A stretch of 64,000 bases of DNA from an uncultured Selenomonadales bacterium. GTDB lineage: Bacteria; Bacillota; Clostridia; Christensenellales; QALW01. The stretch is from assembly GCA_905200615.1 (NCBI GenBank), contig CAJKLB010000003.1:5692-69691 (forward strand), given 5' to 3'. Positions within the stretch are counted from its first letter, which is position 1. Each line of letters begins with the position of its first letter. The notes below the pieces were generated by a model that saw only the letters and a list, made by a program, of their open reading frames with translations, made no database searches and was not told where the DNA came from. Both the position numbers and the translations under genes were made by a program. Shown piece by piece: positions 9,619 to 19,211 of this stretch.

Positions 9619-9862
9619 CCGCAGCTTAAAAATTACACGCGGCAAATTTCCGTCCTGCCCGAGAGATTCGTTACCCGTCGCGTTTTTTTATACTGCTCTT
9701 CTTCCCACCTTTTGCCGCGATCCCGTCTTCCCCCAAGCCGATGTTCTATTTTCGCTCATCATTAAAATTGCTTTTCCTCATAGAAAAAACATCCTTTTGC
9801 GGATCCTTTCAGGGAACGCGAGATGCGGTATTTTTCCAAACTTTTCAAGCATCTTATCGACG

Positions 9863-10297
9863 TTAAAGATAATCATGCATATCAGAAACAAGCTGTTCTT
9901 CCGAATGAATCAGCCGTTTGGTAATATCCTTTGATTTTTCGTCGGCCGCCTGATAGCGGTTTAAATATTTATACAGTGATTTTACGCCCATATTACAGCC
10001 GTCTGTCATCAAATCGGCAATCGTTTCATCCGAAGCATCCGCGGCCAGTTTCATATGTGTTTTCATCCAGGACATACTTTTTGCCACCGGATTGGGATCT
10101 TTGCCGTCATCCTGATAATCCTTTAAAAGCGCTTGAATTTCACGGTCCAGATGTTCATGCTCCGTCTTACAGTCTTCCATCCGCCTGCGAAAAGATTTTG
10201 CCTGAATCCGCTCTAATACCTCATCGATTGAAGAAACACCCATCTTTACGCCCGCGTCACATTCCCGCAGTAATTTTATCGTATCCTGCTCAATCAT
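9863..10297 (-). CDS. hypothetical four-helix-bundle protein (ferritin-like/DUF2383-like; tentative)
   Basis: Start moved to MIEQDTIKLL (AAGGAGG upstream), giving 144 aa. The sequence is helical and charged. The family assignment rests on general resemblance only. Confidence 0.6.
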   Translation of the reverse strand: MIEQDTIKLLRECDAGVKMGVSSIDEVLERIQAKSFRRRMEDCKTEHEHLDREIQALLKDYQDDGKDPNPVAKSMSWMKTHMKLAADASDETIADLMTDGCNMGVKSLYKYLNRYQAADEKSKDITKRLIHSEEQLVSDMHDYL

Positions 10298-10412
10298 TAC
10301 TATGCAACCTCCTTTTTTCTTAGTATGCGCGCATCGATCCGGAATATTCAAACCGCGACGCTTTTAAAAAAGAATCGTTTCCCTGCCGTGCAGACGAAAA
10401 ACACGCGAAAAA

Positions 10413-11141
10413 TTACCGATGTTTTTTCATAGCTTTCCAGAAACCGTTATAGGTTCGATATCCCACACGCTTTCCGATTTCCGAAAGCGACAGTTCACTT
10501 TCGCCCATCAGTAATTTTGCCGCTTCAATTCTCCGCGCGGCGATCTCCCGGCGGAAACTTCTTCCGGTATATTGCATGACCACCCGCTCGGTCTGTTTTT
10601 TACTTAAATGCAATTCTGACGCAAGCCGGCAAAGAGCCGTTTCCGAAGCATAATTTTGTGAAAAAAACTCATCAATCAAAAAACCGCGGTCACAAATCGG
10701 TTTTGTTTTTCGCGCGGGCGCGTCCGTCACCGACGCGCAAAAAAGAGAAAGGAACGCTTTCACGCGATCGGTCATTTCGCCCGGTTTTAATACGGAAATC
10801 GCCGAAAAAACTTCTAAAATCAAGTTTGGGGAAAGATGTGCTTGCCGAATTTCGTCTGTTCCCTCCAGTCCTTCCAGCTGAAAAGCCGTATGAAGCGTAT
10901 TTTTTTCGCTTTGTATACAAAAATGAAACGTATTTCCGGGGACAAGCAGCAAGTCGCCTGCCTTCAATACAATATGCCGGTTCCCCGCCAAATAACGCTG
11001 GCCTCCCTCTGCTACGATATGAAGTTCCGGATAAAGATGCCGGTGAAAAGCGGAGGCGGTTTTATGGAAATTGTAAAATCCATGCTGCATATAGATTTTT
11101 ACGGGTTTTTCTCCCACATAAACGACCGTTTCGGTATTCAT
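10413..11141 (-). CDS. AraC family transcriptional regulator (N-terminal cupin + C-terminal double HTH)
   Basis: 242 aa. The C-terminal LASELHLSKKQTERVVMQYTGRSFRREI...IGKRVGYRTYNGFWKAMKK is a typical AraC HTH. Confidence 0.9.
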   Translation of the reverse strand: MNTETVVYVGEKPVKIYMQHGFYNFHKTASAFHRHLYPELHIVAEGGQRYLAGNRHIVLKAGDLLLVPGNTFHFCIQSEKNTLHTAFQLEGLEGTDEIRQAHLSPNLILEVFSAISVLKPGEMTDRVKAFLSLFCASVTDAPARKTKPICDRGFLIDEFFSQNYASETALCRLASELHLSKKQTERVVMQYTGRSFRREIAARRIEAAKLLMGESELSLSEIGKRVGYRTYNGFWKAMKKHR

Positions 11142-11364
11142 TGGATTTCCTTTCTGTTTTGATGTTCTGTTTCGCGCGGCCCTATATTTCCCGAAAAGAC
11201 ATATCCTGATTAAAAACGTCCCATCAATATATTGCCGTGCCTTGGGTTCTATGCTATGATATTTTTAACATGATAAAAAAGCAGTAAGTTATTTTTATAG
11301 TGTAGCATAAAGCCTTTGATCTGTAAATATGCCTTCAAGAAAAGGCTTGAAAGGAAGAAAAATA

Positions 11365-12435
11365 ATGAAAATTGAATTGATCGGGGATCTGAAAATTGTG
11401 CAAAGCAACCCTAACAGCATACATTCTTATTTTGGCTGGCCGACTGCCGCGAGGCTGAAAAATGGAAAAATCGCGGTAGGAAGCTCTGGGTTTCGTTTGG
11501 CGCATATTTGTCCGTTTGGGAAAGCCGTTCTATCCTACAGTGAAGATGAAGGCAAAACATATACCGCGCCGGCTGTAGTGATCGATACCCCTCTTGACGA
11601 CAGAGATGTCGGTCTTACCCCTTTTGGCAAAAGCGGTTTGATTTTCACCTCCTTCAATAACACCGTAGCGTTTCAGCGCGCGTATGCCGGCGCGTATGCG
11701 AACGCGTACCTTGACGGCGTAACACCTGCGCAGGTTGAAAAATTTCATGCCTCGGAATTTTGCATCAGCTATGACAACGGAATCACGTTCGGCCCCCTTT
11801 ATCATTCGCCTGTTACTTCACCGCACGGACCTATTGAGCTTTCCGACGGAACGATCCTCTGGGTAGGAAGGACTTTTCAAAGCGCGGAATTTCCTGACGA
11901 GGATATTGTAAAAGCTTACCGCGTTCATCTCGACGGCACCATGCAGTATCTCGGCAAGATTGCCAATATTGTCCATAACGGAATGTCCTTACTTTCCTGT
12001 GAGCCGGATATCCTGCAGCTTCCTGACGGAAAAATTCTCTGCCATCTGCGTGTACAGTCGGAAAATTTGTTTTATACGACTTATCAATCGGAATCCACCG
12101 ACGGCGGCAAGACCTGGACGGCGCCGCACGCTGTTCTTTCGCCCAAAGGAGGCGCTCCCGCGCATCTGATGCTCCACTCCTCCGGCGCGGTGATTTCCAC
12201 TTACGGCTATCGGGAAGCGCCGTTCGGCGTCCGCGCCATGTTCAGCTTTGACGACGGAAAGACGTGGGATACGGATCATGTCCTTTTTGATAAAGGTACA
12301 GACTATGATCTGGGATATCCTTCCACAGTTGAAACGCAAGACGGTTGTCTTTTAACGATATTCTATGCCCATTATCCCAACAAAACGGATCCCGCTGTTA
12401 TTCTTCAGCAGAAATGGAGGTTTGAAAGAAATTGA
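11365..12435 (+). CDS. BNR/Asp-box repeat protein of the sialidase (GH33-like) superfamily; no signal peptide
   Basis: Start at MKIELIGD. Three Asp-box motifs: SEDEGKTYT, STDGGKTWT and SFDDGKTWD. The N-terminus is not hydrophobic. Confidence 0.8.
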   Translation: MKIELIGDLKIVQSNPNSIHSYFGWPTAARLKNGKIAVGSSGFRLAHICPFGKAVLSYSEDEGKTYTAPAVVIDTPLDDRDVGLTPFGKSGLIFTSFNNTVAFQRAYAGAYANAYLDGVTPAQVEKFHASEFCISYDNGITFGPLYHSPVTSPHGPIELSDGTILWVGRTFQSAEFPDEDIVKAYRVHLDGTMQYLGKIANIVHNGMSLLSCEPDILQLPDGKILCHLRVQSENLFYTTYQSESTDGGKTWTAPHAVLSPKGGAPAHLMLHSSGAVISTYGYREAPFGVRAMFSFDDGKTWDTDHVLFDKGTDYDLGYPSTVETQDGCLLTIFYAHYPNKTDPAVILQQKWRFERN

Positions 12436-13331
12436 AATTTACCGGAATTATGCCGGCGCTTGTTACGCCGCTTCATGACGATGAAAGCATTGATGTTCCC
12501 GTGCTTCACGCGCTTCTTGAGCATCTGCTTTCTCTGGGCGCAGACGGTTTTTATATCGGAGGCGCTACGGGGGAGGGACTTTGTCTTACTCAGCAGGCAC
12601 GGGAAGTTTTAGCGGAAGAATCCGTAAAATACATAGCCCATCGTAAGCCTTGCATCATCCATGTGGCCTCCACTGATTTTAAAGAAGCAATCGCCTTGGC
12701 CCGGCAGGCAGAGCGTGTGGGAGCCGATGCGGTTTCAGCAATTCCCCCGCTGTTTTTTCCTTACGATGAAGCGGATGTTTATCAGTATTATAAAGCGTTG
12801 GCCGACGCGGTGCACATTCCCGTAATGATCTATTTTAATCCTTCGGCAGGGTTTCATATCACGGCGAAAATCGCGGCGCATTTCTTTGAAATCGATAATG
12901 TCACCTCCATTAAATGGACAAATTCGGATTTTTTTGAAATGATCCGTCTAAAAGACATGACGCACGGAGAAATGAATATCATCAACGGTTCAGATGAGGT
13001 TCTTTTAATGGGATTGGCCGCCGGAGCCGACGGCGGAATCGGAACTACCTATAATTTTCTTCTGCCGTGTATAAAATCCATTTACGATTCTTTTCGTGCC
13101 GGAGATTTAAAAGCTGCCCGGGAAAGTCAATATCTTGCCGACCGAATCATGTCTCCGCTGTTTCAATACAGCCTGATTCCGGCGGTAAAGGCAATTCTGG
13201 AGCGTTCCGGATTTGCCGTGGGAAATGCGGCGTTTCCGATGAAACGCTATACGGAAGAAGAAAAAGACAAAATTTTTGCCGATATGCTTGCCGCCGGATT
13301 CACGCCTGAAAAAACACCGCAAAAATCATAG
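12432..13331 (+). CDS. DHDPS/N-acetylneuraminate lyase family aldolase (NanA-like)
   Basis: 299 aa. GIMPALVTPL...GFYIGGATGEG...AVSAIPP... is typical of the class I aldolase DapA/NanA family. TTG start overlaps the preceding stop by 4 nt. Confidence 0.85.
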   Translation: MKFTGIMPALVTPLHDDESIDVPVLHALLEHLLSLGADGFYIGGATGEGLCLTQQAREVLAEESVKYIAHRKPCIIHVASTDFKEAIALARQAERVGADAVSAIPPLFFPYDEADVYQYYKALADAVHIPVMIYFNPSAGFHITAKIAAHFFEIDNVTSIKWTNSDFFEMIRLKDMTHGEMNIINGSDEVLLMGLAAGADGGIGTTYNFLLPCIKSIYDSFRAGDLKAARESQYLADRIMSPLFQYSLIPAVKAILERSGFAVGNAAFPMKRYTEEEKDKIFADMLAAGFTPEKTPQKS

Positions 13332-13438
13332 CCGTTCATAAGAAATATTGTTCGTACAAAAGGGCGAAAAAGCAACGGAAGAAAAAAACGCTAAGATCAG
13401 AGGAAATTTAAATTTTCAAAGCAAACAGAAAGCACCTT

Positions 13439-13481
13439 AACGGCTTGAACGCTATATTGAGCGAGCGTCAAGCCGTTTTTT
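13439..13481 (+). terminator. intrinsic terminator after the NanA-like gene
   Basis: AACGGCTTGAACGC...GCGTCAAGCCGTT followed by TTTT. Confidence 0.65.
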
Positions 13482-13672
13482 ACTTTTCTTTCCGATTTTC
13501 ACCGGTTTGTTATGCGTGCGGTCTGAAAATTTTTCAGCCCCCGAGCAGAATGGATGGACGCGGTAACTCTAAAAATATTCTCCGAAACCGGTCTTGTATT
13601 TCCCTTTCCTATATGATACAATGAGCGAAAATACGAGTGATCCGGCAAAACCGGAAAAAGGGAGAATACGAT

Positions 13673-14914
13673 ATGGAGCGGGATATTCAAATTTTAAGAG
13701 CGCTGGCCGTTCAATATATGCTTTTGGCCTATAAAGCGGAAGAAGAGCACCTATGGGAATTACACGCGGATCTGAATGATTTATGCCCGCGGCGTCCCAT
13801 TGTGCTGATTCATGAGCTGCCGTGGCATGAACTGAATCAGGATGGCTCTCTGACCCTGCAATGTCAGGATCCGGACTACCGGAAAGCAGAGGATTATCTC
13901 CGCAAAACTTTATTTCAGCAAAAATATTTCCCAGCAGATATGCTGGTAAAAGCCTATCTTCCGGTAGAGAAAACAATCCGTACCTCGGGAATCGGCGTGG
14001 AGGTAAAGGAAGAAACATTGGCCGTAGATAAGGAAAACCAAATCGTATCGCACAGATATGAAAATCAGTTTCATTCCATAGAGGACGTGGAAAAGCTTCA
14101 TAATCCGGTCATTTTTTATGACAGAGAGGATTCTCTGCGCCGGTTTGAGAAAATCAGTGAAGCGGTTGCGGATATTGTGCCGGTAAAGCTTGTCGGTGAG
14201 GATACCGGTTATGGGCTGGGACATAAGGCATGGGATATCATCGCAAGCTTCATGAGCGTGAACGATCTGCTGTACGCGCTGATCGATGAACCGGAGATGA
14301 TGCACGCGCTGGTGAAAAAGCTTACGGATATCTTTTTGGATACCGTTCGGCAATACGAGGAACTGAATCTTTTGAATCCGGACAGTACTTACTGCCATTG
14401 CTCCGCGGCGGCTTCAAGAACCTTAAGGAACAATCTGCCGGCGGACGGTCAAGTAAAAGCGCGTCATGTATGGGGACGGGGTCTTGCGCAAATTCTTGCA
14501 ACAGTCTCCCCGGCTATGCATGAAGCCTTTGAAATCGAGCACGCGAAAAGAGCCATGGAACCTTTCGGCCTTGTATATTACGGCTGTTGCGAGCCTTTGG
14601 ATACCAAAATAGATATTGTACGTAAGATTCCCCATCTAAGGAAAATATCCATTACGCCTTGGGCGGATATCCATCGGGCGGCGGAAACCATCGGAAAAAA
14701 TTATGTGATTTCCGCAAAGCCAAACCCGGCTAATCTGCCTTACGCCGCTTCTAATCCGGAATTGATTCGTAAAGAAATCCGAACGATTCTGGACGCCTGC
14801 CGCAAAAACGGCTGTCCCTGCGAACTTTTGTTGAAGGATATCAGCACGACCGGAAAAAATTTGGAAAATCTGATTGTTTGGAACCGCATTGCCAAAGAAG
14901 AAATCTTTTCTTGA
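13673..14914 (+). CDS. uroporphyrinogen-decarboxylase (URO-D/MtaA)-like TIM-barrel family protein (tentative family call)
   Basis: Start at MERDIQILR (GGGAG upstream), giving 413 aa. The C-terminal half (…VYYGCCEPLDTKIDIVRKIPHLRKISITPWAD…) resembles URO-D-family proteins seen in clostridial sugar loci. Confidence 0.55.
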   Translation: MERDIQILRALAVQYMLLAYKAEEEHLWELHADLNDLCPRRPIVLIHELPWHELNQDGSLTLQCQDPDYRKAEDYLRKTLFQQKYFPADMLVKAYLPVEKTIRTSGIGVEVKEETLAVDKENQIVSHRYENQFHSIEDVEKLHNPVIFYDREDSLRRFEKISEAVADIVPVKLVGEDTGYGLGHKAWDIIASFMSVNDLLYALIDEPEMMHALVKKLTDIFLDTVRQYEELNLLNPDSTYCHCSAAASRTLRNNLPADGQVKARHVWGRGLAQILATVSPAMHEAFEIEHAKRAMEPFGLVYYGCCEPLDTKIDIVRKIPHLRKISITPWADIHRAAETIGKNYVISAKPNPANLPYAASNPELIRKEIRTILDACRKNGCPCELLLKDISTTGKNLENLIVWNRIAKEEIFS

Positions 14915-15045
14915 CTTTTCCTCATCCGCTTTCCGCCCAAGTGTTTTCTTTTCGCGTTTTTAACCGTCTGTGGGGACTGCTTTTTAAGCGGCCCCGATGA
15001 TGGCTCCATCCCCTATTTGTTTTTTTCGCGGCGTACCGCCGCGTC

Positions 15046-15268
15046 AAACTGTAGGCGAACCTGAAAATTGATTTTTTGCGGCGTTCAGCCGCATTTTGTT
15101 TTTCCGGCGGCAGGCGGAAAAAACTGCATAGGCATATAAATGAAAAAACGCTTGATAAGCGGTCTTTCAAAGACACGGCGGGAATACTGATGAAGCTAAA
15201 ATCCGAAATTCAACGATTTTCAAGCCGGCGGCATCCCTAAGAGTGTTAACTTTATCCACACACTCTCT
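15046..15268 (+). repeat. interspersed structured repeat, copy A
   Basis: Aligns by eye over its full length with copies B-E: ..ACTGTAGGCGAACCTGAAAATTGATTTTTTGCGGCGTTCAGCCGCATTTTGTTTTTCCGG...CGCTTGATAAGCG...CCGGCGGCATCC..GAGTGTTAACTTTATCCACACACTCTC. Confidence 0.85.
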
Positions 15269-15862
15269 CGGCGTTGCCGACGTTCCGGCAGATACAAAAC
15301 TCCGCGCGGCAAGCGAGATTCAAGCCTTGTTTAAATTCGCTCGGCGCAAACAAAATCCAACGGCAAAATATTTTTAAAGGAAATGAAAATCAACTCCGTA
15401 TCCGCCAATCGGTTTTTAAAAGCAGCCGTTTGAATCCTCAAAACAAAAAGCGGACTTCTAAAACAAATAAAAAAGGTACTTCAGAGTGTCCAAAAAATCA
15501 TACGGCTAAAAAACAAAAAAATTTCCTCCGTGTTTTAAGGGTATAGGATACCGGACAACCCTCCGGAAGAGGAATTCCAAAAGAGCTCAGCAGGAGCATA
15601 AATCGTGTTAGCGGGATGTTTTACGGTGGAGAAATCCTGCTCCCGACGCAATGCATAAAAATTTTGCTCTTTCTCCCTGTTCACAAACAGGTTTTTCCAC
15701 AGGCTGTGAAAAAAAGTTCTTTTTTCCGTTTTTATTGAAAATATCTTCCGTTCTTTTTTATACATTTTCCCGCAATCCGTTGATAAAAAATCAAGGATAA
15801 AATTTTGATTAAAAAATAATCTGTTCGGTTGATAAAATCGAATAGATTCCTTAAAACCGGTA

Positions 15863-15891
15863 TTGCATTTGTGTTTGATATATGTTACAAT
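15863..15891 (+). promoter_or_regulatory. sigma-70-type promoter of the large GH-like gene (TTGCAT-17-TACAAT)
   Basis: TTGCAT at 15863-15868 and TACAAT at 15886-15891, about 55 nt upstream of the ATG. Confidence 0.55.
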
Positions 15892-15946
15892 GAACAAAAA
15901 ATATGGCTGAAAAAGGCGTACAGCCAGCCAAACGGAGGAAAGAAAC

Positions 15947-18900
15947 ATGTTATATAAAAAAAAGTCGGCACCGGAACTCACGCAGGAACTGTTTGAAAAT
16001 CCCACAGCGGAATTTCGGGGCGCGCCTTTCTGGGCTTGGAATACGAAACTCAAGGATGAAATGCTGCTGAAGCAAATCGAAATCTTTAAGCAAATGGGCA
16101 TCGGCGGATTCCATATGCATGTGCGTTCGGGAATGGCTACGGAGTATTTAAGCGAAGAATTCATGCGCTTGATCCGTTTGTGTGACGAAAAGGCCAAAAA
16201 AGAGAATATGCTCTGCTGGCTGTATGACGAGGACCGCTGGCCGTCGGGCGCGGCAGGAGGCATCGTCACTAAAAATTATCGATACAGAAGCCGCTCTCTT
16301 GTCTTTGATTCTGCCGATCCGCACAACCGTAAAAATTTTGCCGAAACTTTTGAGGAATTCTGCCGCATGGCAGATAACGGCCAAAAACCCTGCGGATATT
16401 TTATAGGACGGTATGCCGTTACCTTTGATGAAAATAAATTCATGAAAGATTACCGCCGTCTGAAAAATGACGAGGAGTATGCGGGAACCGTTTGGTATGC
16501 CTATATTTCGGTAAGTGAAGATAACCCCTGGTATAACGGGCAGGCCTATCTGGATACCCTGAATAAAAAAGCCGTTGAAGAATTCGTGCGGGTAACCTAT
16601 GACAGCTATTATAAAGCCGTGGGCGAAGATTTCGGAAGCAGTATTCCCGCCATTTTTACCGATGAGCCTCAGGTTCCGCGGCATAGCTATTTTAAAATTT
16701 CCGGTGATCAAGGATATATCACCCTTCCCTTTACCGATGATTTTGAAGATACCTATCGCGCTGTTTACGGCGAAAGTCTGCTGGATAAAGCTCCGGAACT
16801 GGTATGGGAGCTGCCCGACAGCGGCTGCGCGCTTACCAGATACCGTTATATGGATCATATGTGTGAGCGCTTTGTTTCGGCCTTTGTAGATACCATCGGT
16901 CAATGGTGCATGGAGCATAATATTGCTTTTACCGGCCATATGATGCAGGAACCGACGCTCAGCAGCCAAACAGACTCTTTGGGCGAAGCCATGCGCTGCT
17001 ACCGTAATTTTCAGATTCCGGGCATGGATCTTTTATGCGACCGCGTAGAACTGACCACCGCTAAACAAGTGCAGTCGGCGGTGCATCAGTACGGCAGAGA
17101 GGGAATGCTCTCAGAGCTTTACGGTGTTACCGGCTGGGCCTTTGATTTTAAAGGGCATAAGCGGCAAGGCGATTGGCAAGCGGCTTTGGGCGTAACCGTG
17201 CGCGTACATCACTTGACCTGGGTATCCATGAACGGAGAAGCCAAGCGGGATTATCCCGCCTCTATCGGCTATCAATCCCCGTGGTACCGGGAATACCGTT
17301 ATATTGAAGATCATTTTGCAAGACTATATACCGCTTTGACCCGCGGTACGCCGCAGGTTCGCGTCGGCGTGATTCATCCGGTAGAAAGCTTTTGGCTCTA
17401 CTGCGGACCTAATGACAAAACAGCGCTGCGCCGGCAGTATTTGGACGCGCAGTTTGATCAGCTGACAAAAGCATTGGTTTACAGCGGTATTGATTTTGAT
17501 TTTATTGCCGAATCGCTCTTCCCCCAGCTTTGCAAAACGGTATCCAATCCCATTACCGTGGGAGAAATGAAATATGACTGTATCGTTGTTCCGGTGATGG
17601 AAACCATGCGCGCGACTACCCTGGAGCGTCTGGAGGCCTTTGCCAAGGCCGGCGGAAAGGTAATTTTGGTTGGAAAATCGCCGATATATATTGACGCAAT
17701 CCCTTCCGAGGCAGCGGCAAAAGCGGCAAAGAACTGGAAACAGCTGGACGTGGATTACACGGCTCTGGTTTCCGCCTTAGAGGAATTCCGTTTTGTTGAT
17801 TTTACCAATATGGATACCGGTGTGCGCTGCGGTAATTTTGTACACCAGCTGCGTAATGACGGTGAAAATAAATGGCTGTTCTTCTGCCACGGTGAAAACA
17901 TGGAAGAGCGGCAGGGTTATGTTTCCGCGCTCTATTGTGAAAACGTGATGCTTACCATAAACGGAGAGTATGATCTGACTGAATACGATACGCTTACCGG
18001 CGCCGTTTATACGCCCGGCTACCGTATCAAGAACGGAAAAACCGTTTTAACGCGCACTATGTTTGCGCAGGACAGTCTGCTGCTGAAGCTGACGCCCGCA
18101 AAGGGAGAAAAACTGGTAGAAAGCAACGCGCCTGTACGGCCTATGCCGCAGGGCGTTAACGATGTGATCATAAGCAAACCCAGCGCCAAAGTGGTGATGG
18201 ACATTTCCGCTGCCGATACCCTATCGGTAAAGGATATGGTAGAATACACCTTGGATGAACCGAACGCGGTATTGCTGGATCAGTGTGAATACGCCTTTGA
18301 CGGGGAGCCCTATCAAGGTCAGGAGGATTCCCTGCTGGTGGCCGATATCGGCAGAAAGCGGTTCTTTGCCAAACATCAGGGTCAGCGTATCGTTCAGCCT
18401 TGGGTAGAAATTCCCGAAGATGTGCAAAAGGATTTAAAAACACATACGGTAAAAAGAAGATTCCGCTTTACCAGTGAAATCATCCTTGAAAACGCGCATT
18501 TGGCTTTGGAACTTGCGCAGCAGGCAACCATTTGGATAAACGGCCGCCAGATTTCCAATCAAACCGACGGCTGGTATGTGGATGAGTGTATCCAAACCGT
18601 ACCGCTTCCCGTATTGCAGCCGGGAGAAATTATCATTGAAGTGGAAATTCCCTTTGAACTGCGCAGCTGCACGGAATGGTGCTATTTCCTGGGTGATTTC
18701 GGCGTAACGGTGCAGGGAAAATTTGTTACCGTAACAAAAAAACCCGAAAAGCTTGCCTTTGGCGACGCGGTTCATCAGGGACTGCCGTTCTATACAGGCA
18801 ATATTACATACCATACCGCTTATACCGAACCCATAGGCGCCCAGCGCACACTGCAAATTTCCCAGTACGGCGGCGCGCTTGTCAAGGTAAGCGTTGACGG

Positions 18901-19147
18901 AAATGCACCGCAGATTGCGGCGTTAGCTCCCTATTGCGTTTCCTTAGGCTTTATGGAAAAAGGAGAGCATTCAATAGACATCACCGTGTTCGGTACCCGC
19001 GTCAACGGCTTCGGTCCCATTCATAACAATGTGCCGAATTATCCCTATCTGGGTCCGAATTCATGGCGTACGCATCATTCGCCCCTGTGGTCGGATGTCT
19101 ATCAGCTGCGTTGTACCGGTCTGTTGAACGCGCCCACCGTTTACTGA
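15947..19147 (+). CDS. large cytoplasmic glycoside-hydrolase-like protein ('glycosylhydrolase-like jelly-roll fold' family)
   Basis: 1066 aa with GGAGG upstream. The N-terminal FRGAPFWAWN...QMGIGGFHMHVRSG...YDEDRWPSG pattern is one I recall from this family. No signal peptide. Confidence 0.7.
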   Translation: MLYKKKSAPELTQELFENPTAEFRGAPFWAWNTKLKDEMLLKQIEIFKQMGIGGFHMHVRSGMATEYLSEEFMRLIRLCDEKAKKENMLCWLYDEDRWPSGAAGGIVTKNYRYRSRSLVFDSADPHNRKNFAETFEEFCRMADNGQKPCGYFIGRYAVTFDENKFMKDYRRLKNDEEYAGTVWYAYISVSEDNPWYNGQAYLDTLNKKAVEEFVRVTYDSYYKAVGEDFGSSIPAIFTDEPQVPRHSYFKISGDQGYITLPFTDDFEDTYRAVYGESLLDKAPELVWELPDSGCALTRYRYMDHMCERFVSAFVDTIGQWCMEHNIAFTGHMMQEPTLSSQTDSLGEAMRCYRNFQIPGMDLLCDRVELTTAKQVQSAVHQYGREGMLSELYGVTGWAFDFKGHKRQGDWQAALGVTVRVHHLTWVSMNGEAKRDYPASIGYQSPWYREYRYIEDHFARLYTALTRGTPQVRVGVIHPVESFWLYCGPNDKTALRRQYLDAQFDQLTKALVYSGIDFDFIAESLFPQLCKTVSNPITVGEMKYDCIVVPVMETMRATTLERLEAFAKAGGKVILVGKSPIYIDAIPSEAAAKAAKNWKQLDVDYTALVSALEEFRFVDFTNMDTGVRCGNFVHQLRNDGENKWLFFCHGENMEERQGYVSALYCENVMLTINGEYDLTEYDTLTGAVYTPGYRIKNGKTVLTRTMFAQDSLLLKLTPAKGEKLVESNAPVRPMPQGVNDVIISKPSAKVVMDISAADTLSVKDMVEYTLDEPNAVLLDQCEYAFDGEPYQGQEDSLLVADIGRKRFFAKHQGQRIVQPWVEIPEDVQKDLKTHTVKRRFRFTSEIILENAHLALELAQQATIWINGRQISNQTDGWYVDECIQTVPLPVLQPGEIIIEVEIPFELRSCTEWCYFLGDFGVTVQGKFVTVTKKPEKLAFGDAVHQGLPFYTGNITYHTAYTEPIGAQRTLQISQYGGALVKVSVDGNAPQIAALAPYCVSLGFMEKGEHSIDITVFGTRVNGFGPIHNNVPNYPYLGPNSWRTHHSPLWSDVYQLRCTGLLNAPTVY

Positions 19148-19211
19148 GCAATAACGCCGCCCTTGAGGACGCAGATCAAGAAAAACAGGCTAAAAAAGCC
19201 GCGGAGGATTT

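Noticed and set aside
14922-15176. An 84-aa ORF here and a 108-aa ORF at 50089-50415 share the peptide PEKQNAAERRKKSIFRF. I considered whether this is a small conserved protein.
   Set aside because: The shared peptide is just the translation of the conserved hairpin-1 region of the interspersed repeat. In copy B the same frame has a stop immediately upstream and no Met. Frames differ outside the repeat core, and there is no RBS.
15535-16269. A 244-aa minus-strand ORF spanning the intergenic region and the 5' end of the large GH-like gene.
   Set aside because: It lies antisense to a well-supported gene, runs through that gene's promoter and an AT-rich spacer, has low-complexity composition, and has no RBS.
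16148-16969. Long antisense ORFs inside real genes, including 16148-16969, 20005-20805, 20917-21468, 18434-18856, 42262-42834 and 37915-38472.
   Set aside because: Each lies entirely antisense to a gene with strong family motifs. They have atypical composition (Arg/Ile/Phe-rich) and no RBS.
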